Origin: Moniliella sp. 'wahieum'
Lineage: Eukaryota
Reading direction: 5' to 3'
DNA: 64,000 nt
Assembly: GCA_003971905.1 (NCBI GenBank)
Contig: RSEE01000055.1
Location: 124,001 to 188,000 of the forward strand
Made by a program: the position numbers and the translations under genes. Positions 1-11,834 of this stretch are shown in pieces; the stretch's first letter is position 1; the number at the start of each line of letters is the position of its first letter. Under the pieces are notes generated by a model. It searched no databases. It was given only the letters and a program-made list of their open reading frames with translations, and was not told the DNA's origin.

Positions 1-20
1 GTCAATCCAGAAACGGTCGG

Positions 21-75
21 CGTCTCGTTGCCCGTCGCGTTGGGCGTCTCGTTGCCCGTCGCGTTGGGCGTCTCG
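21..75. repeat. 24-nt tandem repeat, about 2.3 copies
   Basis: cgtctcgttgcccgtcgcgttggg at 21-44 and 45-68, partial copy 69-75. Confidence 0.9.
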
Positions 76-179
76 CGGTCCATCCCGCGGCCCGTCGGGC
101 TGCGCGTCGGCATCGCGCGCGTCGGGCGCAAGGGGCGAAAAGGGCGACAAGGCTGGCCCAGGCCCAGGCAAAGGAGGTC

Positions 180-3100
180 CTACCCCACCGCGGTACTCGA
201 TCCGCTTTCGGTTTCGGCGCGTTTGCGCACCGGTAACGATGCACCACGTACCTTGCCAGGCGTGGCGTCCAACGTAGGTGGAGACGTCACCCTTCGTCCC
301 CGGCCCACCGCAGTCGACTCCACCGACGCACCTGACACACCCAACGCACCCGATTCACCCGCCTGAGCCCCCGGTCCAGATCCAGATCCAGATCCAAGGG
401 TCCCCGTCAACTCGTTCGAACCGGGGTCAGTAGGTGCGGGGTGAACGTGCCTGAGGCTGGGCAAACCCACTGCCGTAGACCGAGAGCATATGGCCCGTCG
501 ATGTCCCCGTGGAGGGAGGAAGCCCGTCGGGTGCGTCGCCCCGGGCCACGGAAGCCATGGATTCGAGGGACGGCAAAGCGGGCGGCAAGGGGTCGTAAAA
601 GGGGTCATCGAGTGAAGTCCGATCCATCCGTTCGGCACGGTCGACACGGTCGGTCCCAGGAGGCGGCACGTCTTTTTCTCGCTCGAGGTGGTGCGGGTAG
701 AGATGGTGGAGGTGGTGGACGACAGCGTGGTGCGCGCGTTGGGCGGGGTTGGAACGTGATGGTTTGGTGGGCACGGGTGCGTCGGTGGGGGTTCCGTTTA
801 GGGTAGGCGCTGTGGGAGCGGTATGGGTGGATGACGCGACCCCCCCACCTGCGCCGCTTAATGGGGTCGTGAAGGTCGACGAAAAGGTTGCCATGGACGA
901 GGTGGAGGCGCTCATAGCTTGTGCCACCACATGGGTCGCATTAGGCGACGGCGCGTGGCGGACAAACCCGCTGGGCAAGGAGAATTCCCAATACGCATTG
1001 GCACGCGCATTGCCCCAAGCACGAGCGGCAGCAGCTTGTTGTTCGTTCCACGTATCAAAGTCAATGCTCTTGACTTTGCTCACGTGCACGCCCAAGGCAC
1101 GGTGGACAGAAGTACACTGGATACACAAAAAGATGCAACAGGGCTGCTCAAACAGCGACCAGGACGCCCAGCGTGGATCTGCCAACGGGAATCAGAACAT
1201 GCTAAGCAGAAGAAGAGGGGGGAGGAGGGCGTACTGGGTGCATGGCAGTCTGCACACAGGCGGTTCTCGGGCAACTGGGCCAAGGCCCGCACCTCGGCCA
1301 CCAGATTGACAGGGGGTGGGGTCGGATTCGAAGCAGCTATGGTGGATGATAAAGGCGAGGCCGAGGGTACTGGATTGGGACTGGAGGCGATTGGTTTCTT
1401 GCTCTTGGATACTACACCCGCAGGCACGGCATCACCAAAGGAGGTGGGGGAGTAGGCGGCAGCGTACGATCCCTGGCCATTCGAATCAGACATGGCTGAG
1501 GGGATGCTCACCGTCGATCCCGCCGTTGCAGTGGTAGGAGGGGGGAGGTCGGAGCTATGCATCATGTTACTGGCGGAACTGAGGGCGGGGAGGAACGGTC
1601 GCTGGCCAAAGAGGAGTCAGGCTGAAGCGACTTACCCCCCGGAGTAACCGACCTGCCTACCTCGGCAGCGGAGGTGGATGCTTCCTGCAAGCTGGCATTT
1701 CCGGGGGCGAGGGCGCCACCAGTCGAATCGACAAAAGCGGGTGTACTTCCCTGGTCGGGTACGATTGTCTGGTGCGAAGACATGTTGAGCAGCGCATCAG
1801 CAACGCCCTCTCGGATCGCTTGCACCCACTCTGCTAGATCAGCTGGATCGCGGGCGGTGACAAACCGACGGTCATTGAGAGAGACTAGCTCAAACACATT
1901 GTCACGAACACGAGGACCGCTGCCACTGTTGCCACCCCGCAAGAAGGGGAAGCGCTTGGATGATGCGCTCTTGTTCCCTCCTGAACTGGTCACACCGCCA
2001 GTAGGGGGGATGCTCATGCTCCGCCCTGAAAGGGGGGCGGTGCCGTTGACCGTGTCAGTTGTAGACGGATTGGACTGAATAGGATCCAAGGGGATTGGAT
2101 TGAAGGCCAACTCGGAAGCAGATGATGGGGAGTGACGCGGGTCTCCGGGTGCACTCGAGCCCAGTCGCATCAAGGTCGAAGTCAAGCTGTGCTGGGACCC
2201 GGCAGCACCGGCTGGGATACTTGGGATCCGAACTGTAGTCATGATGAGTGGCAATTCATGGACTGTGATTGTCGTCGCGGCATCCAAAGCGTGCTCTTTC
2301 CCACTCGACTTGGACCCTTGTGCATTGGGTTCGGGTACCGCGTTCTTCCGCTCCTCAGCCGATGGGGGGTAATCCAAGCCGGCATAGATAAAACCGATTC
2401 TGGACCCACCTCCATCCAGCACGGTCGCCAGGCCGATGCCTTGGACAGCTCGCTGGGCCAGTCCTTGTTGCCACGAAGCGTCATCCTGCCATTTCCCACT
2501 GGCATATTCATCTTGCGGGAGACCTGCAGAACGCCATTCTTGGACACAGTTGGCAGGGACAAGCCTCGCCCAAACGCCTGAATTGTTCCGGATCCGGAGG
2601 GAGGAGCTTCCGGCAAGACATGTTGGGACGGTCGTGGGGTTATCGAGGAGGCTTGGGAAAGCTGGGTCATGACGGGTCTGGTTGAACCCGTTGCGGAGCG
2701 CAGGTGAGTAGGGCAAACGGTGGATCCAGACGCTGAAGTCCCGATTCTGTCTGTTGACTCGGACATGCGGGGGGTACAATCGTCAGAGGTGGATGCCGGA
2801 GGCACCCTAGGACCTGAGGGCGGAGCGAAATTTGGGGCCGGTATGTGCGACACGACCCATTGCCTGACGTCGTTGAGGGGTGTTGGGAATAGCGGATGGG
2901 CGAAGAATTCTGAGTTGTTGGTAGAGGGGTATGTGACTCTCGGTCGCTGACAGTTAGGGTGTCGGTGCGATGCCGAGGCGAGTTGCCAAAGCCCCAGCGG
3001 GCAATCCCAGCTGGAGGGCGCAAGTCCAACGAAGCCCGAGGGAAACGGGAAGTGGCAGAGCCTGCCGTGCCGTACTCGGAGTTAGCATGCGAAGAGTAAG

Positions 3101-3891
3101 AAGGCCTTCGGGACGAACGGGGCGCATTGGAATAAAGAGGCACGGAGGGGCGCGGAACATCGGATGAGCGGCGCAGAGAAAAGTGTCTACCTGCCGCACC
3201 CAGTCCTAGACCGAGGTGAACGGGGCGTGCTTGGTCGTTGGTATGGTGGGAGGGGTGGGCCACAGGGATGGTTACGGCTGTCCGTGGTGATTCGGGCACG
3301 TCCCGTGCACTCAGGGCAGCAGAATCGTGGGCGTGAGATGCATCGGGCACGTCTCAGCGGCGGAGGCGGGGGGCGGATGGGGTGTGGGGGGCACTTGGCT
3401 GTGGCGCGGCGGCGAGGCGAGAAGAGGGAGGCGAAGCGGGAGGGACGGCGAGAGAGGGAGGGGGGTCTGTGGTTGAGGAGCCTGGCCCACGGGGGACAAT
3501 GCAGGGGGTGCGTGCTGGGTGGGCAGCGGTGGCTGGGTCTGCGGGGGAGGGGCCGATGCGTGTTTGCTCTTTTGGGGGTGAAGAGCTTGGGCAGGGACTT
3601 GGCGGGTTTGGTGCGCGGCCGCGCCTGGGCCGACGCGGAGTCCGGGACGGCCGAGACGGGCGGGAGAGAGGGAGGAGAAGCGGGGGTGCTTTTTGGTACG
3701 ACCGCTGGGGACGTTTCCGACGCGGGCTCAGGGGGCGTGCCGGTGGCCGTGGCTGGGGCGGCGGGGGAGCGGGGGCGCAGCGCTGGGGAAGGGAGGCGGT
3801 GGATGTGCGCACCAGGGCTGGGAGGGGGAGGGGGGCCAGGGCCAGGGCCAGGGCGGAATGCAGGTGGGGGCATGGGCATGGGCGTGGGCAT
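180..3891 (-). CDS. ArfGAP with split PH domain and Pro/Ser-rich N-terminus (frameshifted, ends approximate)
   Basis: PH C-terminal helix FELVSLNDRRFVTARDPADLAEWVQAIREG (ORF 1562..2779). ArfGAP NRLCADCHAP and RWASW..FLCIQCTSVHRALGVHVSKVKSIDFDTW..GNARANAYWE are joined by a 56-nt GTACGC..CAG intron at 1179-1234. Confidence 0.85.
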
Positions 3892-5330
3892 GAGGAGGAG
3901 GAGGAGGCGGCGGGCGGCGGAGGCGGCGGAGGCGGCGGAGAGGCGGCCAGACCGAAGCGAAGCACGGCGGGTGGCCGCAGCCAGGCGCAGTATGTATGCG
4001 CACGCGTGGCGCACAGCGCAGCTGCGCTGCCAGCCTGCGACGCCTGCAGCCTGCACGCCTGCAGCCTGCCGCGCCTAGCCTCGCGTGTGGCGACAGTGGC
4101 CGCGTGCCCCCCCACGACGCCTGCGCCTATCACGCGCCGCCAGTGCCCCCGTGCGCCTCCCAGCGCCCCACTGGCGCCACGCCCGTCCATGCCTCGGACC
4201 AGCGCGCCAGGGTGCGTGATATATGATACGCCGCAGTGGCTGGGCCGCCTCTCCTCTCGTCGGCCTCCCATGGCAGCCAACCCCCTCGCAGCGCCTCCGC
4301 CTCGCCGTTGCATCGCCCAGCCGTCGCTTGCGTCTGCGTAGCGCTTCCCAGCCCTCGCTCCTCCGCCCCCCACCAGCCCCTCCTTTCTACCGCGGCCACC
4401 GCCCGATCCCAGCCGAGCCTCAGCGCGGTGCAGACACCCCGCAACCCCCCACGCCCTCTCCTCTCCGCTCCCGTCGGCGGATGCGTCCGTGCGCTGGTCG
4501 CAACTCCAACATCCATCCATCTATCAGCTGGCTTGTGTGTCCTCGTACCCTATCGTATAGCATACCATCCCCCCATACCCCCCCCCCCATACCCCCCCCA
4601 TACCCCACAGATGCATGCAAGAGATATGGCCTCTTTCCTCCGTGGAGCTTCTGCTCCACATCCCAGCGGCCATTGCCGCCTGCGCCCCTGTGTGGGTCAA
4701 TGTACTCCATCGGTGTCGGTGGCGGTGTTTGGAATCCCGAACAGTGCTGAGTACAGGTTGTGGTTGGCCTGGGGAGGCTTGTTTTTCTGAATGGCCGCCA
4801 TACCAGCTCGGCCAATGGCTTCCCCGCATGGGCGCCCATCCCTGCTGGCGCCTTTCAAATCCCGTCCAATGGGGGCAGGCGGCCCCCAGGCACATCATCG
4901 ACATGCATCATCCATCGCCAGATCAGCAATCATTCATCACATTCATCACATGTCACAGACTATACATATCACCGCCATCTGTCCCGTCTGTCACGCCAGT
5001 CACACGTCACACGCTACCAACGTACCCCATATCGCCGTCAACGCGTCAACGCCACACCCCCGTCGTCTGGCTCTTGGCCTCGTGCGTCATCGCGGCTGGG
5101 AGGAATTACATCCATTACATACCCCCTGTTGCATGGTACATGGTACCCGTTAACCCCCCCCCCACATGGATCTTTCCTCCGCTTCATTCTGGACTGCCCC
5201 ATGGGGGTAAGCGCGCGAGTCATCAGTACTCACAACACACACTAATTAAATACTCTCACCCGTACTCAGTATTCACCGTACTCACGACTCAGTTGAGTAC
5301 TTACATGCGCGACTCACAAGGCTCAAGCGC

Positions 5331-5357
5331 TCAAGCTTCAAGCTTCAAGCTTCAAGC
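5331..5357. repeat. heptamer array (TCAAGCT)n within a wider TCA-N4 cluster (5221-5380)
   Basis: tcaagcttcaagcttcaagcttcaagc. Confidence 0.9.
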
Positions 5358-5910
5358 GTCACGGCGACATGTCACAATTGATGATTTTTGCACTTACGGA
5401 TTGACGTAACTGTGGAGAAGATAATGCCCGATATGCCCCTACTCTCCCATACTAGTGTGAAAGAGTGACTAGTGGCGAGAAAGATAGGGATTAACGCTTA
5501 GCCGCTTAACGATGATCGATTAAGCATCAATTCCAAAGAAAAGTAAGGTGGGGAGAAGTAAAACCCTAGGACAGGTGACCCAGTCTCACTAGTCACTTTC
5601 ATTGTGTTGGTCGCAGAAATGTCACAGGCTAGGACGCGCCTACAAGATGTCATGGGGCAGACCCAGAGCCGATTATCGTTCCAATCAGTTATTGGGCTCT
5701 GTTATAGATTTAGATGGAATGTTGGGTATGATGTGGGTGTAGTGGATCCCTCTGTGGCGATACCCACGATGCGTATAGACGAGCACTCAACGTTCAACCA
5801 AGTCCATCATAAGGGCGGGGGTACCACATATATGTCGCGGACCACCGTTGGCCAGAAGGAAACCCAGCCTATATGGACACAGGCCGAGCGGCCCAATCGA
5901 CCAGAGTGAC

Positions 5911-6250
5911 TGTTACGCGGTGCGCCGGTTATCTCCGGACGCTGAGCCCCGCACGTCGTAGCCATCCCATCCAAACACGCGTCAGTCCCGTTAGACTAGC
6001 GAGAGAGAACCAGAAAAGGAGCCTTATCGAAAGCACCCTTAAACTACCCGGGTGGGTCCCACCCCGGGACGCCTCCCATGACAGTGACCGGCAGGTATCA
6101 CGCGTGCATACTTGTGGCGCAACGAAAGCAGCTGTGGCATCCCGACCATATCCTGCATTCACCGGCCACAACCGCGAGGCTCAACGCCGCATAACAGGCG
6201 AGACTACGGTTTCCCTTGGGGTTGGAGGCAGTTGAGAAGTGGACGAAGGC
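5911..6250 (+). mobile_element. probable LTR remnant, related to the copy at 58126-58646
   Basis: Starts TGTTAC. 5911-6013 aligns without gaps to the reverse complement of 58544-58646 at 89/103 identities by hand count. Right end uncertain. Confidence 0.55.
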
Positions 6251-6286
6251 ACGTGGGGGGAAGAAGCGGACGAAAATGCCCAAGTA

Positions 6287-8003
6287 TCAGAGAGGGGGCG
6301 TTGCATCGTGCTTGGCCTTCTCGCCATTCTGGCCATTCTGGTCATCCTGGTCATCCTGGTCATTGGGCAACGGTAGGGAACCAGGTCGCTCCGGCGTCAG
6401 GTGAGTGTCCTCGCGTTCGTTGGCGGGCCTAGGGAGCCCCTGGGCCTTGTTCCCGTCGCACCCAGCGACGTGACCGGGGAGACGATCGTGTCGGATCCGC
6501 TCTGCTGCGCTCACCAGAGCGCGGCGCAGGTGGTCAAGGTGCGAGCGGGAGTTAAGGTCCTGGCGCATGCCCGGCGGGACGGACCAAGAGTGACCCATGC
6601 GCACCGCGTCGCGCAAATGAGCAGTGCCGGACGAGGCGGTGAAAATTTCCCCCCGGGTGCAGCGATGGAGGCGGGACCAGATCCCGAGGTCCGAAGGCAC
6701 CACCGTGCCCGGTTCCGAGCGGCACAGTACCGTCGCCAACACTTGGGTCCAGATCAACGCAGTGGAAGCAACGTCGTATCCGCCTCCTCCTAGGACGAGC
6801 ACAGGTTTGCCACGCTGCACCAGCGTCTTAGTGCACCACTCGTAACTCTCGGAACCAAAGTTGAAGATTCCATGCGGGTCCGCCGCGTTCCCATCCGCAC
6901 CGAGTTGCAACACGTAGGCATCGGCGTCAAACGCCGTCAGGACCTGCTCCACCCCTTCCCAGACATGGCAGAGGGTAGGATCCGACGCGCCGAGGTCCAG
7001 CGGGACACGCAGCGCGTAGGGGCTGGTGCCGTCCTGGGTGGGGACAGCACCGACCACATACGGGGCCGGCGGGAAAAATCCCGGAGCAGCATGGTGGATG
7101 CTCAAGGTCAATACGGACGGATTGGAGAGGAACGCTTCTTCCTAGCGAGCAGGGTCAGCACACTTGCTGCGCATCCAGCTGGGGGCAAGGCGGCAAGAAG
7201 GGAGGGATACGCACCACGCCATCACCCCAGTGTAAGCCATGTCGATATACGCGATGCGATCCAGCCTGTGGGACCGGCTGGGCGGTGCGAACGGGCCTGC
7301 GCAGCGCCTGGATCGCCAGCACCACGTCGTTCAGGTAACAGTACCCATCAGCCGCGGCCTTGTGGGCATGGTGCCGACCTCCGTCAAAGGCAAGTGCCAC
7401 GTCTGCCTTGGCGGAACGCAGGATCTCGGCAGCCGCAACGCTCGCACCTGCAATAGCCAGCGCATGGGACGCCAGTGGTTCCGCTGGCCCCGCTGGGGAG
7501 CAAGGCGCAGCATCGGTTGTGGTACGCAGTGTCTTGCGCTTCTTCCGCGCTGGTGGAGCGGGAGGTGCACATAGGGAGCGCATATAGTCTGCGTCGTGGT
7601 ACAGACACGCGGCGGTGGGGGAGATTGGGGTGGGGAAATAGACCTTTGCCCGGTACGGTATGGCAGGGGAGGCGTGGCGCTCTTGCTGTGCCGCTTGCTC
7701 CTCACTTAGCTCCTCATCCCCACACTCGTACTGACGGTCGCTGTCGTTACCATCTTCATCTTCGTACCGGTTGACCATTTCGCGGAAGAGGCGCGCATCG
7801 TCGCCGGGGGGGCAGGCAAGCAGGTCGCGGTGCCAAGCAAGTGAGTGCACCAGTTCCGACCGGCCGAGGGAGGAGCGATCGCGGTGGACAGCCAGTTGGT
7901 CGCTCAGGCGGGCAAGCAGAGCGCTGGCCACATAGGCGACCCGTGGGGGCTGCGGGGATGGAATGGATGGGGCGCTGGCTCGGCCGGGGCGCTGGGCGGA
8001 CAC
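6287..8003 (-). CDS. class I zinc-dependent histone deacetylase (Hos1/HDAC8-like)
   Basis: GGRHHAHKAAADGYCYLNDVV, IAYID..LHWGDGV|EEAF (73-nt GTGCGT..CTGAC..TAG intron 7142-7214), QLGADGNAADP, VLGGGGY. Confidence 0.9.
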
Positions 8004-8941
8004 ATTGGGGAGGGGAAGCGAGAGAAGAGGCGTGGGTCGTCACGGGCACGGGACGCGTCGTGGGTTCCCGCCCGCACACCGCTTCCGTCGACGCGCCTGC
8101 CCTTAGACGAAAGAAATATTGCAATTTCAATCACCCTCTCCGCGCACATCCCCATTCGCCTCCTCTCTCAGCACCATCCTCCACCTCCTGGATTGTCACC
8201 TCCTGTCCCCCAGATTGCGGGCGCGTTTGTAGGCACTGGAATAAACTCGCTACGTGTTTGGTTTGATGAGCAAGGAGAGCGCGAGGCGAAAGTCTGCTTA
8301 AAGGCCTGTAAGGGGACGAATCGATTCTCCTTCTCGTAACTATACCACCCGGACGTAATACCCGCTGGGGTGTGCTGGCTTGTTGCAGTCCGATGGGACG
8401 CAGCAAGCGAACCCTGTTTCTGGGCAGTTCTAGGTCCTCTCCTCCAGCTTGGCCCAGAACGAACAAGTTGGACCCGCCCCCCTGATCATCTCCTATCTCT
8501 TCCCACTCCTCCGTTCTCGCTTGCGATCCGAATTTCCGTCCGATGGGATGGGATTATGGGATGGGATAAAATACTATACAGGGCGAAACACTTCTCTGTG
8601 TTCTGTCCTCCTTATCACGCAAACGACATGGATCGAGATTAGCCACATTCATGGAGGGTAACAAAACGTAGGTATGCTATCGACGGAGTTCAACGTTTGA
8701 GTAGTTAGTAGTAGCAGGGACATCAGTAGGGTATGGTCGCCAGTTAGGGTCGAGGAGAGTGGGAAGGACGTTTTGGTAAACGGTACTGGGGTCGGTCCCA
8801 ACAGGGTATCGGTACAGGAGCAGGGAGAACTCTTACAGGGGGCCAAGAAAAACGTCGGGCGAGAAAAAAAAAACGTCTTCGCCATAATAAAGAGAAAAAA
8901 ACATCGTGGCCATAAAGGTCAAGGAGACGGTCGGCCACAAT

Positions 8942-11245
8942 TCATGACAGGGGGAAAAGGGGATTCAAAGACCCGTCGCTCGCCTCAGAAGCGAGGTGAG
9001 AAAGCGAGCTCAATCCGAACGAGATGGGCTCACCTTCAGGAGGGCCAGAGGTTCTCGGGCGTGGGCGGAAGAATCCAATCGGCCACGCCAGTGTCGTCGG
9101 CGAGGGGCCCATTGCGAGCGGCGCGTCGAGCGTAGGCTTCATACCATCCCCTTGGCGGATCAGACAGTGACGAGCTCGTGTCCCCCGACCGGTTGGAGTG
9201 GCCAGGGCTGTTGGGGCAACAGCAATAATAGCGTCAACGGAGGCCTCGGAGGTAGCGGAAACACTAGGCGAAGCGAAAGCAGACGTGGATGGCGACGTGT
9301 CCACGAAAGTAACATCTGTCACAGCAGGCACCGCTTGCTTGGGCCGTGGCAGGTGCCGGTGTGGGTGCGGGGTGGCCGGCGGGTGGGCGCGCGCGACCGC
9401 GAGGGCCGGGAGGTGTAGTTCAGCACAGGCGAGGAAGACGAAGGTGTATTTCCCTTGTTCATCGTCCGCCTTGCCCTGCCAGGGGCACGCCCATTTTGGG
9501 CGCCGGATCCGGGCACGCCCCTCGCCGTGCGCCACCAGGATGACGACGTGTGGAGGGTGGGGGGGCTCGCGTCAACGTCCGAATCCGCGTCAGCGTCCGA
9601 ATCCGCGTCGCGTGTCGAAGATTTGGCGAGGTGGCGCAATAATTTGCCCGCGGCCCGGTTAGCCTGGAAACAAGAGAGGAAGATAGACGGTCAGAATGTC
9701 GTTTTCTTAGGAAGGGAAGTGAAGGGAAGGCTTCCGGGCCAACGGTCAACATACAGTTGGGAACCAAGTAAAGTGCATCCGCTGCAGTAGCTCCTTGGCC
9801 TAGACCGCGTTGCACGTCTTTAGGCAGACCAGCCAGCACGACGAGGGCCAGTGTCAGGGCAAATTTCGGAAGACGCTGCCATGCGAGGAACCGTTCGTCG
9901 GGACATGTGTGTGCGTGCACTGGACGAGGCGGAGATGCCACTGTGGGTATGGCGCAGTCCGGTCGGGGTCTCGAGCCACTTGTTCGGTACGATCAACAGC
10001 AAAAAGGGACAGGCGGGGGTTCACACAGGTGAACGTTTGCTGCGGCGGGCACAACAGGAGTCGATGGATCTCGAAGCCCGGTTCCAATTTGTATGAATTG
10101 GAGGAGAGCTGGGAGGGCTGGAGACACCACAGTTTGCCGGGATGGTGGGTGTAGAGCGTCGAGGCAACGCAGGCCAAGGCCGCTTCGTAGCTGTCAAACC
10201 ACCGATCCGGGGCCACGCAAACTGTGGTGGGGGGGGCATGGGATCGGTGCCGCGCGTGGGCGCGGCGTTGGGAACCGGGATGCGGCTCGTCGCGGCGTCG
10301 GTGCGCCGTTTCTTGGCGGCGTCTCTGCGCCGTTTGTTGGCGGCGTCTTGCGCCGTTTGTTGGCGGCGTCTCTGCGCCGTTTGTTGGCGGCGTCTCTGCG
10401 CTGTTTCTTGGCTTTGTTGACCACTTCCGCCGCACTTCTCGATGCGGTCTGGCCACAGGAGCGACGGGGGCGCGGGAAGAGGAGAAGGAGAAGGTCAGCG
10501 GGCCGGGCGCGCATGGACATGTAACAAATACGCACCGTCCAGGTCACAGGGTGCTGCCGGAGGAGGATCGACCGGTCATGCGCTGCAACGCGTCATCATC
10601 GAGCCGTGACAGCGCGGCCAACATCTCCTCGCGCCAGCCCAGGGGCGTGCCGCGGGCCTGGACGGGAACGCGGGGACAGGTGCGGGCGTGGTTGGTGTGT
10701 TCGCGGATGGTCCAGGAGGGCAGCGCGGGCGCGGACGGAGGGGCGGTAGCGGGGACGTGCGGGAGGACGAGGATGAGGAAGGGGCAGTCGTAGGAGCGGC
10801 AGGTAAATGCGGTCTGGATGGGACCGATGTCGGACGGAGCTCCTTCGTTGTTGGCACGGATGGTGGACCACAAAGACGCGCTCGGGACGTGGAGCAATGA
10901 CAACTTCAACTCCTCAATCCCGGCTAGATGCGCGGGCGACAAGCGGAGACCCGCAATCTTGTCGGCGACAAACTGCTGCTGCACCACCCGGGCCACCGCC
11001 ATCTCCCGCGTCGGGTACACCGTCCCATCCGACGTCCACGCCAACTCCGTTTCCGTTGCGGATTCCGTTGGCGTGGAAGTGGCCGTAGTGGCCGTTTCCG
11101 TCTCCCTCGCCTTCACCTTCGCCTTCGCCCTCGCTCTCGCCTTCGCCCTCGCTCGCGTCGTTGCCATGGCCCTGGAGCAAACGAGAGGAGTGGACGCGAT
11201 CCACCTGCAAACAGCAGCCCCGACTGGGCTCACCCCCATCGGCAT
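8942..11245 (-). CDS. hypothetical protein with two repeated C-x4-C..H/C zinc-finger modules resembling WRKY/GCM1, FAR1 or MULE DNA-binding domains (frameshifted, ends approximate)
   Basis: Module 1: GTVYPTREMAV..FTCRSYDCPFLILVLP..WTIREHTNHARTCP. Module 2, read across frames: RWFDSYEAALACV..FTCVNP(A)CPFLLLIVP..W..HAHTCP. Confidence 0.5.
10302..10409. repeat. 24-nt tandem repeat, about 4.5 copies, inside the zinc-finger gene
   Basis: Unit tgcgccgtttgttggcggcgtctc, one copy 23 nt; AETPPTNG repeats in ORF 9854..10456. Confidence 0.9.
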
Positions 11246-11310
11246 GTGTGTATCACGTGATGCATACGCGGGGGCGCGTCACACGTCCACTCAATGCTCA
11301 GGCTGAGCAC

Positions 11311-11331
11311 TGACTAGTGACTAGTGACTAG
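11311..11331. repeat. heptamer array (TGACTAG)3
   Basis: tgactagtgactagtgactag. Confidence 0.9.
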
Positions 11332-11834
11332 GACTCAGCACTGGTCCGTGCGCTAAGTACTACACCTCGCCTCGCATGGAGCAACAGGGTTATACCGGCT
11401 ACTCCACACAGAGGCGTATGCGATGGACAAATTTGTCCCTATTCTTCTCACGGGCAAGCCGGCGTACATCGAAGGCGCCGCCATGCAAAGATACGAATGG
11501 AAAGAGGAGGTCTGTTTTGAGGCCAAGCTCATGGTCGAGGTCGAGGCTGTAATAACGACACCGGCTATCAGTAGTAAAGGCGGAGACAACAGCTTTTCCA
11601 AGTTACAAGCTCAATGTCGCCCATACCGGCGTCTGGTACTCTTAACTGTGGATATTTTGTCACTTTTCATTTAAAACGACGAATCATCTTGTCTCTTTCC
11701 TCTTCGCGAGGGCAATGAGCACACACGAATGAGGAATGTTCAAGTGAACTGGGGAATGTCGCAAAGCTGTACTGGTACGAAATCCCCCATTTGGTCCATT
11801 CGAGAGACGAACCAAAGTGATATAAAACTGAGTC

